From the human T2T-CHM13v2.0 reference genome, Homo sapiens, in the NCBI RefSeq assembly GCF_009914755.1, contig NC_060925.1: a DNA stretch of 64,000 nt; one strand, 5' to 3'. The notes under the pieces were generated by a model that searched no databases, was not told the DNA's origin, and saw nothing but the letters and a program-made list of their open reading frames with translations. Position 1 is the first letter of the stretch. Each line of letters begins with the position of its first letter. This document shows positions 30,201 through 45,200 of the stretch, piece after piece. The position numbers and the translations under genes were made by a program.

Positions 30201-33200
30201 ATCGTCATAGAATGGAATCGAATGGATTCATTGAATGGAATCAGATGGAATCATCGAATGGACTGGAATGGAATCATTGAATGGACTCGAAAGGGATCAT
30301 GATTGAATGGAATTGAATGGAATCATCGAATGGTCTCGATTGGAATCATTATCAAATGGAATCGAATGGAATCACCGAATAGAATCGAATGGAACAATCA
30401 TCGAATGGACTCAAATGGAATTATCCTCCAATGGAATCGAATGGAATTATCGAATGCAATCGAATGGAATTATCCAATGCAATCGAATAGAATCATCGAA
30501 TGGACTCGAATGGAATCATCGAATGGAATGGAATGGAACAGTCAATGAACTCGAATGGAATCATCATTGAATGGAATCGAATGGAATCATCGAGTGGAAT
30601 CGAATGGAATTATGATCAAATGGAATCGAATGTAATCATCATCAAATGGAATCAAAAATAACCATCATCAATTGGTATTGAATGGAATTGTCATCAAATG
30701 GAATTCAAAGGAATCATCATCAAATGGAACCGAATGGAATCCTCATTGAATGGAAATGAAAGGGGTCATCATCTAATGGAATCGCATGGAATCATCATCA
30801 AATGGAATCGAATGGAATCATCATCAAATGGAATCTAATGGAATCATTGAACAGAATTGAATGGAATCGTCATCGAATGAATTGAATGCAATCATCGAAT
30901 GGTCTCGAATGGAATCATCTTCTAATGGAAAGGAATGGAATCATCGCATAGAATCGAATGGAATTATCATCGAATGGAATCGAATGGTATCAACACCAAA
31001 CGGAAAAAAACGGAATTATCGAATGGAATCGAAGAGAATCTTCGAACGGACCCGAATGGAATCATCTAATGGAATGGAATGGAATAATCCATGGACTCGA
31101 ATGCAATCATCATCGAATGGAATGGAATGGAATCATCGAATGGACTCGAATGGAATAATCATTGAACGGAATCGAATGGAATCATCATCGGATGGAAACG
31201 AATGGAATCATCATCGAATGGAAATGAAAGGAGTCATCATCTAATGGAATTGCATGGAATCATCATCAAATGGAATCGAATGGAATCAACATCAAATGGA
31301 ATCAAATGGAATCATTGAACGGAATTGAATGGAATCGTCATCGAATGAATTGACTGCAATCATCGAATGGTCTCGAATGGAATCATCTTCAAATGGAATG
31401 GAATGGAATCATCGCATAGAATCGAATGGAATTATCATCGAATGGAATCGAATGGAATCAACATCAAACGGAAAAATACGGAATTATCGAATGGAATCGA
31501 AGAGAATCATAGAATGGACCCGAATGGAATCATCTAATGGAATGGAATGGAATAATCCATGGACTCGAATGCAATCATCATCGAATGGAATCGAATGGAA
31601 TCATCGAATGGACTCGAATGGAATAATCATTGAACGGAATCGAATGGAATCATCATCGGATGGAAATGAATGGAATCATCATCGAATGGAATCGAATAGA
31701 ATTATGGAATGAAATCCAGTGTGATCATCATCGAATGGACCCGAATGGAATCATCATCCAACGGAAGCTAATGGAATCAACATCGAATGAATCAAATGGA
31801 AACACCATCGAATTGAAACGAATGGAATTAACATGAAATTGAAATGGATGGACTCATCATCGAATGGATTCGAATGGAATCATCGAATAAAATTGATTGA
31901 AATCATCATCGAATGGAATCGAATGGTATCATTGAATGGAATCGAATGGAATCATCATCAGATGGAAATGAATGGAATCGTCATAGAATGGAATCGAATG
32001 GATTCATTGAATGGAATCAGATGGAATCATCGAATGGACTGGAATGGAATCATTGAATGGACTCGAAAGGGATCATGATTGAATGGAATTGAATGGAATC
32101 ATCGAATGGTCTCGATTGGAATCATTATCAAATGGAATCGAATGGAATCACCGAATAGAATCGAATGGAACAATCATCGAATGGACTCAAATGGAATTAT
32201 CCTCCAATGGAATCGAATGGAATTATCGAATGCAATCGAATGGAATTATCCAATGCAATCGAATAGAATCATCGAATGGACTCGAATGGAATCATCGAAT
32301 GGAATGGAATGGAACAGTCAATGAACTCGAATGGAATCATCATTGAATGGAATCGAATGGAATCATCGAGTGGAATCGAATGGAATTATGATCAAATGGA
32401 ATCGAATGTAATCATCATCAAATGGAATCAAAAATAACCATCATCAATTGGTATTGAATGGAATTGTCATCAAATGGAATTCAAAGGAATCATCATCAAA
32501 TGGAACCGAATGGAATCCTCATTGAATGGAAATGAAAGGGGTCATCATCTAATGGAATCGCATGGAATCATCATCAAATGGAATCGAATGGAATCATCAT
32601 CAAATGGAATCTAATGGAATCATTGAACAGAATTGAATGGAATCGTCATCGAATGAATTGAATGCAATCATCGAATGGTCTCGAATGGAATCATCTTCTA
32701 ATGGAAAGGAATGGAATCATCGCATAGAATCGAATGGAATTATCATCGAATGGAATCGAATGGTATCAACACCAAACGGAAAAAAACGGAATTATCGAAT
32801 GGAATCGAAGAGAATCTTCGAACGGACCCGAATGGAATCATCTAATGGAATGGAATGGAATAATCCATGGACTCGAATGCAATCATCATCGAATGGAATG
32901 GAATGGAATCATCGAATGGGACTCGAATGGAATAATCATTGAACGGAATCGAATGGAATCATCATCGGATGGAAACGAATGGAATCATCATCGAATGGAA
33001 ATGAAAGGAGTCATCATCTAATGGAATTGCATGGAATCATCATCAAATGGAATCGAATGGAATCAACATCAAATGGAATCAAATGGAATCATTGAACGGA
33101 ATTGAATGGAATCGTCATCGAATGAATTGACTGCAATCATCGAATGGTCTCGAATGGAATCATCTTCAAATGGAATGGAATGGAATCATCGCATAGAATC

Positions 33201-36200
33201 GAATGGAATTATCATCGAATGGAATCGAATGGAATCAACATCAAACGGAAAAATACGGAATTATCGAATGGAATCGAAGAGAATCATAGAATGGACCCGA
33301 ATGGAATCATCTAATGGAATGGAATGGAATAATCCATGGACTCGAATGCAATCATCATCGAATGGAATCGAATGGAATCATCGAATGGACTCGAATGGAA
33401 TAATCATTGAACGGAATCGAATGGAATCATCATCGGATGGAAATGAATGGAATCATCATCGAATGGAATCGAATAGAATTATGGAATGAAATCCAGTGTG
33501 ATCATCATCGAATGGACCCGAATGGAATCATCATCCAACGGAAGCTAATGGAATCAACATCGAATGAATCGAATGGAAACACCATCGAATTGAAACGAAT
33601 GGAATTATCATGAAATTGAAATGGATGGACTCATCATCGAATGGATTCGAATGGAATCATCGAATAAAATTGATTGAAATCATCATCGAATGGAATCGAA
33701 TGGTATCATTGAATGGAATCGAATGGAATCATCATCAGATGGAAATGAATGGAATCGTCATAGAATGGAATCGAATGGATTCATTGAATGGAATCAGATG
33801 GAATCATCGAATGGACTGGAATGGAATCATTGAATGGACTCGAAAGGGATCATGATTGAATGGAATTGAATGGAATCATCGAATGGTCTCGATTGGAATC
33901 ATTATCAAATGGAATCGAATGGAATCACCGAATAGAATCGAATGGAACAATCATCGAATGGACTCAAATGGAATTATCCTCAAATGGAATCGAATGGAAT
34001 TATCGAATGCAATCGAATGGAATTATCGAATGCAATCGAATAGAATCATCGAAAGGACTCGAATGGAATCATCGAATGGAATGGAATGGAACAGTCAATG
34101 AACTCGAATGGAATCATCATTGAATGGAATCGAATGGAATCATCGAGTGGAATCGAATGGAATTATGATCTAATGGAATCGAATGTAATCATCATCAAAT
34201 GGAATCAAAAATAACCATCATCAATTGGTATTGAATGGAATTGTCATCAAATGGAATTCAAAGGAATCATCATCAAATGGAACCGAATGGAATCCTCATT
34301 GAATGGAAATGAAAGGGGTCATCATCTAATGGAATCGCATGGAATCATCATCAAATGGAATCGAATGGAATCATCATCAAATGGAATCTAATGGAATCAT
34401 TGAACAGAATTGAATGGAATCGTCATCGAATGAATTGAATGCAATCATCGAATGGTCTCGAATGGAATCATCTTCTAATGGAAAGGAATGGAATCATCGC
34501 ATAGAATCGAATGGAATTATCATCGAATGGAATCGAATGGTATCAACACCAAACGGAAAAAAACGGAATTATTGAATGGAATCGAAGAGAATCTTCGAAC
34601 GGACCCGAATGGAATCATCTAATGGAATGGAATGGAATAATCCATGGACTCGAATGCAATCATCATCGAATGGAATGGAATGGAATCATCGAATGGACTC
34701 GAATGGAATAATCATTGAACGGAATCGAATGGAATCATCATCGGATGGAAACGAATGGAATCATCATCGAATGGAAATGAAAGGAGTCATCATCTAATGG
34801 AATTGCATGGAATCATCATAAAATGGAATCGAATGGAATCAACATCAAATGGAATCAAATGGAATCATTGAACGGAATTGAATGGAATCGTCATCGAATG
34901 AATTGACTGCAATCATCGAATGGTCTCGAATGGAATCATCTTCAAATGGAATGGAATGGAATCATCGCATAGAATCGAATGGAATTATCATCGAATGGAA
35001 TCGAATGGAATCAATATCAAACGGAAAAAAACGGAATTATCGAATGGAATCGAAGAGAATCATCGAATGGACCCGAATGGAATCATCTAATGGAATGGAA
35101 TGGAATAATCCATGGACTCGAATGCAATCATCATCGAATGGAATCGAATGGAATCATCGAATGGACTCGAATGGAATAATCATTGAACGGAATAGAATGG
35201 AATCATCATCGGATGGAAATGAATGGAATCATCATCGAATGGAATCGAATAGAATTATGGAATGAAATCCAGTGTGATCATCATCGAATGGACCCGAATG
35301 GAATCATCATCCAACGGAAGCTAATGGAATCAACATCGAATGAATCGAATGGAAACACCATCGAATTGAAACGAATGGAATTATCATGAAATTGAAATGG
35401 ATGGACTCATCATCGAATGGATTCGAATGGAATCATCGAATAAAATTGATTGAAATCATCATCGAATGGAATCGAATGGTATCATTGAATGGAATCGAAT
35501 GGAATCATCATCAGATGGAAATGAATGGAATCGTCATAGAATGGAATCGAATGGATTCATTGAATGGAATCAGATGGAATCATCGAATGGACTGGAATGG
35601 AATCATTGAATGGACTCGAAAGGGATCATGATTGAATGGAATTGAATGGAATCATCGAATGGTCTCGATTGGAATCATTATCAAATGGAATCGAATGGAA
35701 TCACCGAATAGAATCGAATGGAACAATCATCGAATGGACTCAAATGGAATTATCCTCAAATGGAATCGAATGGAATTATCGAATGCAATCGAATGGAATT
35801 ATCGAATGCAATCGAATAGAATCATCGAAAGGACTCGAATGGAATCATCGAATGGAATGGAATGGAACAGTCAATGAACTCGAATGGAATCATCATTGAA
35901 TGGAATCGAATGGAATCATCGAGTGGAATCGAATGGAATTATGATCAAATGGAATCGAATGTAATCATCATCAAATGGAATCAAAAATAACCATCATCAA
36001 TTGGTATTGAATGGAATTGTCATCAAATGGAATTCAAAGGAATCATCATCAAATGGAACCGAATGGAATCCTCATTGAATGGAAATGAAAGGGGTCATCA
36101 TCTAATGGAATCGCATGGAATCATCATCAAATGGAATCGAATGGAATCATCATCAAATGGAATCTAATGGAATCATTGAACAGAATTGAATGGAATCGTC

Positions 36201-39200
36201 ATCGAATGAATTGAATGCAATCATCGAATGGTCTCGAATGGAATCATCTTCTAATGGAAAGGAATGGAATCATCGCATAGAATCGAATGGAATTATCATC
36301 GAATGGAATCGAATGGTATCAACACCAAACGGAAAAAAACGGAATTATCGAATGGAATCGAAGAGAATCTTCGAACGGACCCGAATGGAATCATCTAATG
36401 GAATGGAATGGAATAATCCATGGACTCGAATGCAATCATCATCGAATGGAATGGAATGGAATCATCGAATGGACTCGAATGGAATAATCATTGAACGGAA
36501 TCGAATGGAATCATCATCGGATGGAAACGAATGGAATCATCATCGAATGGAAATGAAAGGAGTCATCATCTAATGGAATTGCATGGAATCATCATCAAAT
36601 GGAATCGAATGGAATCAACATCAAATGGAATCAAATGGAATCATTGAACGGAATTGAATGGAATCGTCATCGAATGAATTGACTGCAATCATCGAATGGT
36701 CTCGAATGGAATCATCTTCAAATGGAATGGAATGGAATCATCGCATAGAATCGAATGGAATTATCATCGAATGGAATCGAATGGAATCAACATCAAACGG
36801 AAAAAAACGGAATTATCGAATGGAATCGAAGAGGATCATCGAATGGACCCGAATGGAATCATCTAATGGAATGGAATGGAATAATCCATGGACTCGAATG
36901 CAATCATCATCGAATGGAATCGAATGGAATCATCGAATGGACTCGAATGGAATAATCATTGAACGGAATCGAATGGAATCATCATCGGATGGAAATGAAT
37001 GGAATCATCATCGAATGGAATCGAATAGAATTATGGAATGAAATCCAGTGTGATCATCATCGAATGGACCCGAATGGAATCATCATCCAACGGAAGCTAA
37101 TGGAATCAACATCGAATGAATCGAATGGAAACACCATCGAATTGAAACGAATGGAATTATCATGAAATTGAAATGGATGGACTCATCATCGAATGGATTC
37201 GAATGGAATCATCGAATAAAATTGATTGAAATCATCATCCAATGGAATCGAATGGTATCATTGAATGGAATCGAATGGAATCATCATCAGATGGAAATGA
37301 ATGGAATCTTCATAGAATGGAATCGAATGGATTCATTGAATGGAATCAGATGGAATCATCGAATGGACTGGAATGGAATCATTGAATGGACTCGAAAGGG
37401 ATCATTATTGAATGGAATTGAATGGAATCATCGAATGGTCTCGATTGGAATCATTATCAAATGGAATCGAATGGAATCACCGAATAGAATCGAATGGAAC
37501 AATCATCGAATGGGCTCAAATGGAATTATCCTCCAATGGAATCGAATGGAATTATCGAATGCAATCGAATGGAATTATCGAATGCAATCGAATAGAATCA
37601 TCGAATGGACTCGAATGGAATCATCGAATGGAATGGAATGGAACAGTCAATGAACTCGAATGGAATCATCATTGAATGGAATCGAATGGAATCATCGAGT
37701 GGAATCGAATGGAATTATGATCAAATGAAATCGAATGTAATCATCATCAAATGGAATCAAAAATAACCATCATCAATTGGTATTGAATGGAATTGTCATC
37801 AAATGGAATTCAAAGGAATCATCATCAAATGGAACCGAATGGAATCCTCATTGAATGGAAATGAAAGGGGTCATCATCTAATGGAATCGCATGGAATCAT
37901 CATCAAATGGAATCGAATGGAATCATCATCAAATGGAATCTAATGGAATCATTGAACAGAATTGAATGGAATCGTCATCGAATGAATTGAATGCAATCAT
38001 CGAATGGTCGCGAATGGAATCATCTTCTAATGGAAAGGAATGGAATCATCGCATAGAATCGAATGGAATTATCATCGAATGGAATCGAATGGTATCAACA
38101 CCAAACGGAAAAAAACGGAATTATCGAATGGAATCGAAGAGAATCTTCGTACGGACCCGAATGGAATCATCTAATGGAATGCAATGGAATAATCCATGGA
38201 CTCGAATGCAATCATCATCGAATGGAATCGAATGGAATCATCGAATGGACTCGAATGGAATAATCATTGAACGGAATCGAATGGAATCATCATCGGATGG
38301 AAACGAATGGAATCATCATCGAATGGAAATGAAAGGAGTCATCATCTAATGGAATTGCATGGAATCATCATCAAATGGAATCGAATGGAATCAACATCAA
38401 ATGGAATCAAATGGAATCATTGAACGGAATTGAATGGAATCGTCATCGAATGAATTGACTGCAATCATCGAATGGTCTCGAATGGAATCATCTTCAAATG
38501 GAATGGAATGGAATCATCGCATAGAATCGAATGGAATTATCATCGAATGGAATCGAATGGAATCAACATCAAACGGAAAAAAACGGAATTATCGAATGGA
38601 ATCGAAGAGAATCATCGAATGGACCCGAATGGAATCATCTAATGGAATGGAATGGAATAATCCATGGACTCGAATGCAATCATCATCGAATGGAATCGAA
38701 TGGAATCATCGAATGGACTCGAATGGAATAATCATTGAACGGAATCGAATGGAATCATCATCGGATGGAAATGAATGGAATCATCACCGAATGGAATCGA
38801 ATAGAATTATGGAATGAAATCCAGTGTGATCATCATCGAATGGACCCGAATGGAATCATCATCCAACGGAAGCTAATGGAATCAACATCGAATGAATCGA
38901 ATGGAAACACCATCGAATTGAAACGAATGGAATTATCATGAAATTGAAATGGATGGACTCATCATCGAATGGATTCGAATGGAATCATCGAATAAAATTG
39001 ATTGAAATCATCATCGAATGGAATCGAATGGTATCATTGAATGGAATCGAATGGAATCATCATCAGATGGAAATGAATGGAATCGTCATAGAATGGAATC
39101 GAATGGATTCATTGAATGGAATCAGATGGAATCATCGAATGGACTGGAATGGAATCATTGAATGGACTCGAAAGGGATCATGATTGAATGGAATTGAATG

Positions 39201-42200
39201 GAATCATCGAATGGTCTCGATTGGAATCATTATCAAATGGAATCGAATGGAATCACCGAATAGAATCGAATGGAACAATCATCGAATGGACTCAAATGGA
39301 ATTATCCTCAAATGGAATCGAATGGAATTATCGAATGCAATCGAATGGAATTATCGAATGCAATCGAATAGAATCATCGAAAGGACTCGAATGGAATCAT
39401 CGAATGGAATGGAATGGAACAGTCAATGAACTCGAATGGAATCATCATTGAATGGAATCGAATGGAATCATCGAGTGGAATCGAATGGAATTATGATCAA
39501 ATGGAATCTAATGTAATCATCATCAAATGGAATCAAAAATAACCATCATCAATTGGTATTGAATGGAATTGTCATCAAATGGAATTCAAAGGAATCATCA
39601 TCAAATGGAACCGAATGGAATCCTCATTGAATGGAAATGAAAGGGGTCATCATCTAATGGAATCGCATGGAATCATCATCAAATGGAATCGAATGGAATC
39701 ATCATCAAATGGAATCTAATGGAATCATTGAACAGAATTGAATGGAATCGTCATCGAATGAATTGAATGCAATAATCGAATGGTCTCGAATGGAATCATC
39801 TTCTAATGGAAAGGAATGGAATCATCGCATAGAATCGAATGGAATTATCATCGAATGGAATCGAATGGTATCAACACCAAACGGAAAAAAACGGAATTAT
39901 CGAATGGAATCGAAGAGAATCTTCGAACGGACCCGAATGGAATCATCTAATGGAATGGAATGGAATAATCCATGGACTCGAATGCAATCATCATCGAATG
40001 GAATCGAATGGAATCATCGAATGGACTCGAATGGAATAATCATTGAACGGAATCGAATGGAATCATCATCGGATGGAAACGAATGGAATCATCATCGAAT
40101 GGAAATGAAAGGAGTCATCATCTAATGGAATTGCATGGAATCATCATAAAATGGAATCGAATGGAATCAACATCAAATGGAATCAAATGGAATCATTGAA
40201 CGGAATTGAATGGAATCGTCATCGAATGAATTGACTGCAATCATCGAATGGTCTCGAATGGAATCATCTTCAAATGGAATGGAATGGAATCATCGCATAG
40301 AATCGAATGGAATTATCATCGAATGGAATCGAATGGAATCAACATCAAACGGAAAAAAACGGAATTATCGAATGGAATCGAAGAGAATCATCGAATGGAC
40401 CCGAATGGAATCATCTAATGGAATGGAATGGAATAATCCATGGACTCGAATGCAATCATCATCGAATGGAATCGAATGGAATCATCGAATGGATTCGAAT
40501 GGAATAATCATTGAACGGAATCGAATGGAATCATCATCGGATGGAAATGAATGGAATCATCATCGAATGGAATCGAATAGAATTATGGAATGAAATCCAG
40601 TGTGATCATCATCGAATGGACCCGAATGGAATCATCATCCAACGGAAGCTAATGGAATCAACATCGAATGAATCGAATGGAAACACCATCGAATTGAAAC
40701 GAATGGAATTATCATGAAATTGAAATGGATGGACTCATCATCGAATGGATTCGAATGGAATCATCGAATAAAATTGATTGAAATCATCATCGAATGGAAT
40801 CGAATGGTATCATTGAATGGAATCGAATGGAATCATCATCAGATGGAAATGAATGGAATCGTCATAGAATGGAATCGAATGGATTCATTGAATGGAATCA
40901 GATGGAATCATCGAATGGACTGGAATGGAATCATTGAATGGACTCGAAAGGGATCATGATTGAATGGAATTGAATGGAATCATCGAATGGTCTCGATTGG
41001 AATCATTATCAAATGGAATCGAATGGAATCACCGAATAGAATCGAATGGAACAATCATCGAATGGACTCAAATGGAATTATCCTCCAATGGAATCGAATG
41101 GAATTATCGAATGCAATCGAATGGAATTATCGAATGCAATCGAATAGAATCATCGAATGGACTCGAATGGAATCATCGAATGGAATGGAATGGAACAGTC
41201 AATGAACTCGAATGGAATCATCATTGAATGGAATCGAATGGAATCATCGAGTGGAATCGAATGGAATTATGATCAAATGGAATCGAATGTAATCATCATC
41301 AAATGGAATCAAAAATAACCATCATCAATTGGTATTGAATGGAATTGTCATCAAATGGAATTCAAAGGAATCATCATCAAATGGAACCGAATGGAATCCT
41401 CATTGAATGGAAATGAAAGGGGTCATCATCTAATGGAATCGCATGGAATCATCATCAAATGGAATCGAATGGAATCATCATCAAATGGAATCTAATGGAA
41501 TCATTGAACAGAATTGAATGGAATCGTCATCGAATGAATTGAATGCAATCATTGAATGGTCTCGAATGGAATCATCTTCTAATGGAAAGGAATGGAATCA
41601 TCGCATAGAATCGAATGGAATTATCATCGAATGGAATCGAATGGTATCAACACCAAACGGAAAAAAACGGAATTATCGAATGGAATCGAAGAGAATCTTC
41701 GAACGGACCCGAATGGAATCATCTAATGGAATGGAATGGAATAATCCATGGACTCGAATGCAATCATCATCGAATGGAATCGAATGGAATCATCGAATGG
41801 ACTCGAATGGAATAATCATTGAACGGAATCGATTGGAATCATCATCGGATGGAAACGAATGGAATCATCATCGAATGGAAATGAAAGGAGTCATCATCTA
41901 ATGGAATTGCATGGAATCATCATAAAATGGAATCGAATGGAATCAACATCAAATGGAATCAAATGGAATCATTGAACGGAATTGAATGGAATCGTCATCG
42001 AATGAATTGACTGCAATCATCCAATGGTCTCGAATGGAATCATCTTCAAATGGAATGGAATGGAATCATCGCATAGAATCGAATGGAATTATCATCGAAT
42101 GGAATCGAATGGAATCAACATCAAACGGAAAAAAACGGAATTATCGAATGGAATCGAAGAGAATCATCGAATGGACCCGAATGGAATCATCTAATGGAAT

Positions 42201-45200
42201 GGAATGGAATAATCCATGGACTCGAATGCAATCATCATCGAATGGAATCAAATGGAATCATCGAATGGACTCGAATGGAATAATCATTGAACGGAATCGA
42301 ATGGAATCATCATCAGATGGAAATGAATGGAATCATCATCGAATGGAATCGAATAGAATTATGGAATGAAATCCAGTGTGATCATCATCGAATGGACCCG
42401 AATGGAATCATCATCCAACGGAAGCTAATGGAATCAACATCGAATGAATCAAATGGAAACACCATCGAATTGAAACGAATGGAATTATCATGAAATTGAA
42501 ATGGATGGACTCATCATCGAATGGATTCGAATGGAATCATCGAATAAAATTGATTGAAATCATCATCCAATGGAATCGAATGGTATCATTGAATGGAATC
42601 GAATGGAATCATCATCAGATGGAAATGAATGGAATCGTCATAGAATGGAATCGAATGGATTCATTGAATGGAATCAGATGGAATCATCGAATGGACTGGA
42701 ATGGAATCATTGAATGGACTCGAAAGGGATCATGATTGAATGGAATTGAATGGAATCATCGAATGGTCTCGATTGGAATCATTATCAAATGGAAACGAAT
42801 GGAATCACCGAATAGAATCGAATGGAACAATCATCGAATGGACTCAAATGGAATTATCCTCAAATGGAATCGAATGGAATTATCGAATGCAATCGAATGG
42901 AATTATCGAATGCAATCGAATAGAATGATCGAATGGACTCGAATGGAATCATCGAATGGAATGGAATGGAACAGTCAATGAACTCGAATGGAATCATCAT
43001 TGAATGGAATCGAATGGAATCATCGAGTGGAATCGAATGGAATTATGATCAAATGCAATCGAATGTAATCCTCATCAAATGGAATCAAAAATAACCATCA
43101 TCAATTGGTATTGAATGGAATTGTCATCAAATGGAATTCAAAGGAATCATCATCAAATGGAACCGAATGGAATCCTCATTGAATGGAAATGAAAGGGGTC
43201 ATCATCTAATGGAATCGCATGGAATCATCATCAAATGGAATCGAATGGAATCATCATCAAATGGAATCTAATGGAATCATTGAACAGAATTGAATGGAAT
43301 CGTCATCGAATGAATTGAATGCAATCATCGAATGGTCGCGAATGGAATCATCTTCTAATGGAAAGGAATGGAATCATCGCATAGAATCGAATGGAATTAT
43401 CATCGAATGGAATCGAATGGTATCAACACCAAACGGAAAAAAACGGAATTATCGAATGGAATCGAAGAGAATCTTCGAACGGACCCGAATGGAATCATCT
43501 AATGGAATGCAATGGAATAATCCATGGACTCGAATGCAATCATCATCGAATGGAATGGAATGGAATCATCGAATGGACTCGAATGGAATAATCATTGAAC
43601 GGAATCGAATGGAATCATCATCGGATGGAAACGAATGGAATCATCATCGAATGGAAATGAAAGGAGTCATCATCTAATGGAATTGCATGGAATCATCATC
43701 AAATGGAATCGAATGGAATCAACATCAAATGGAATCAAATGGAATCATTGAACGGAATTGAATGGAATCGTCATCGAATGAATTGACTGCAATCATCGAA
43801 TGGTTTCGAATGGAATCATCTTCAAATGGAATGGAATGGAATCATCGCATAGAATCGAATGGAATTATCATCGAATGGAATCGAATGGAATCAACATCAA
43901 ACGGAAAAAAACGGAATTATCGAATGGAATCGAAGAGAATCATCGAATGGACCCGAATGGAATCATCTAATGGAATGGAATGGAATAATCCATGGACTCG
44001 AATGCAATCATCATCGAATGGAATCGAATGGAATCATCGAATGGACTCGAATGGAATAATCATTGAACGGAATCGAATGGAATCATCATCGGATGGAAAT
44101 GAATGGAATCATCATCGAATGGAATCGAATAGAATTATGGAATGAAATCCAGTGTGATCATCATCGAATGGACCCGAATGGAATCATCATCCAACGGAAG
44201 CTAATGGAATCAACATCGAATGAATCGAATGGAAACACCATCGAATTGAAACGAATGGAATTATCATGAAATTGAAATGGATGGACTCATCATCGAATGG
44301 ATTCGAATGGAATCATCGAATAAAATTGATTGAAATCATCATCCAATGGAATCGAATGGTATCATTGAATGGAATCGAATGGAATCATCATCAGATTGAA
44401 ATGAATGGAATCGTCATAGAATGGAATCGAATGGATTCATTGAATGGAATCAGATGGAATCATCGAATGGACTGGAATGGAATCATTGAATGGACTCGAA
44501 AGGGATCATGATTGAATGGAATTGAATGGAATCATCGAATGGTCTCGATTGGAATCATTATCAAATGGAATCGAATGGAATCACCGAATAGAATCGAATG
44601 GAACAATCATCGAATGGACTCAAATGGAATTATCCTCAAATGGAATCGAATGGAATTATCGAATGCAATCGAATGGAATTATCGAATGCAATCGAATAGA
44701 ATCATCGAAAGGACTCGAATGGAATCATCGAATGGAATGGAATGGAACAGTCAATGAACTCGAATGGAATCATCATTGAATGGAATCGAATGGAATCATC
44801 GAGTGGAATCGAATGGAATTATGATCAAATGGAATCTAATGTAATCATCATCAAATGGAATCAAAAATAACCATCATCAATTGGTATTGAATGGAATTGT
44901 CATCAAATGGAATTCAAAGGAATCATCATCAAATGGAACCGAATGGAATCCTCATTGAATGGAAATGAAAGGGGTCATCATCTAATGGAATCGCATGGAA
45001 TCATCATCAAATGGAATCGAATGGAATCATCATCAAATGGAATCTAATGGAATCATTGAACAGAATTGAATGGAATCGTCATCGAATGAATTGAATGCAA
45101 TCATCGAATGGTCTCGAATGGAATCATCTTCTAATGGAAAGGAATGGAATCATCGCATAGAATCGAATGGAATTATCATCGAATGGAATCGAATGGTATC

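Larger units (their letters stand above)
7998..30440 (+). repeat. ~11.2-kb tandem duplication (period 11,243 bp) spanning six units' worth of sequence per copy
   Basis: Offsets 21417-10174, 25065-13822, 27309-16066 and 29085-17842 all equal 11243; private variants are shared between copies. Boundaries are approximate. Confidence 0.9.
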
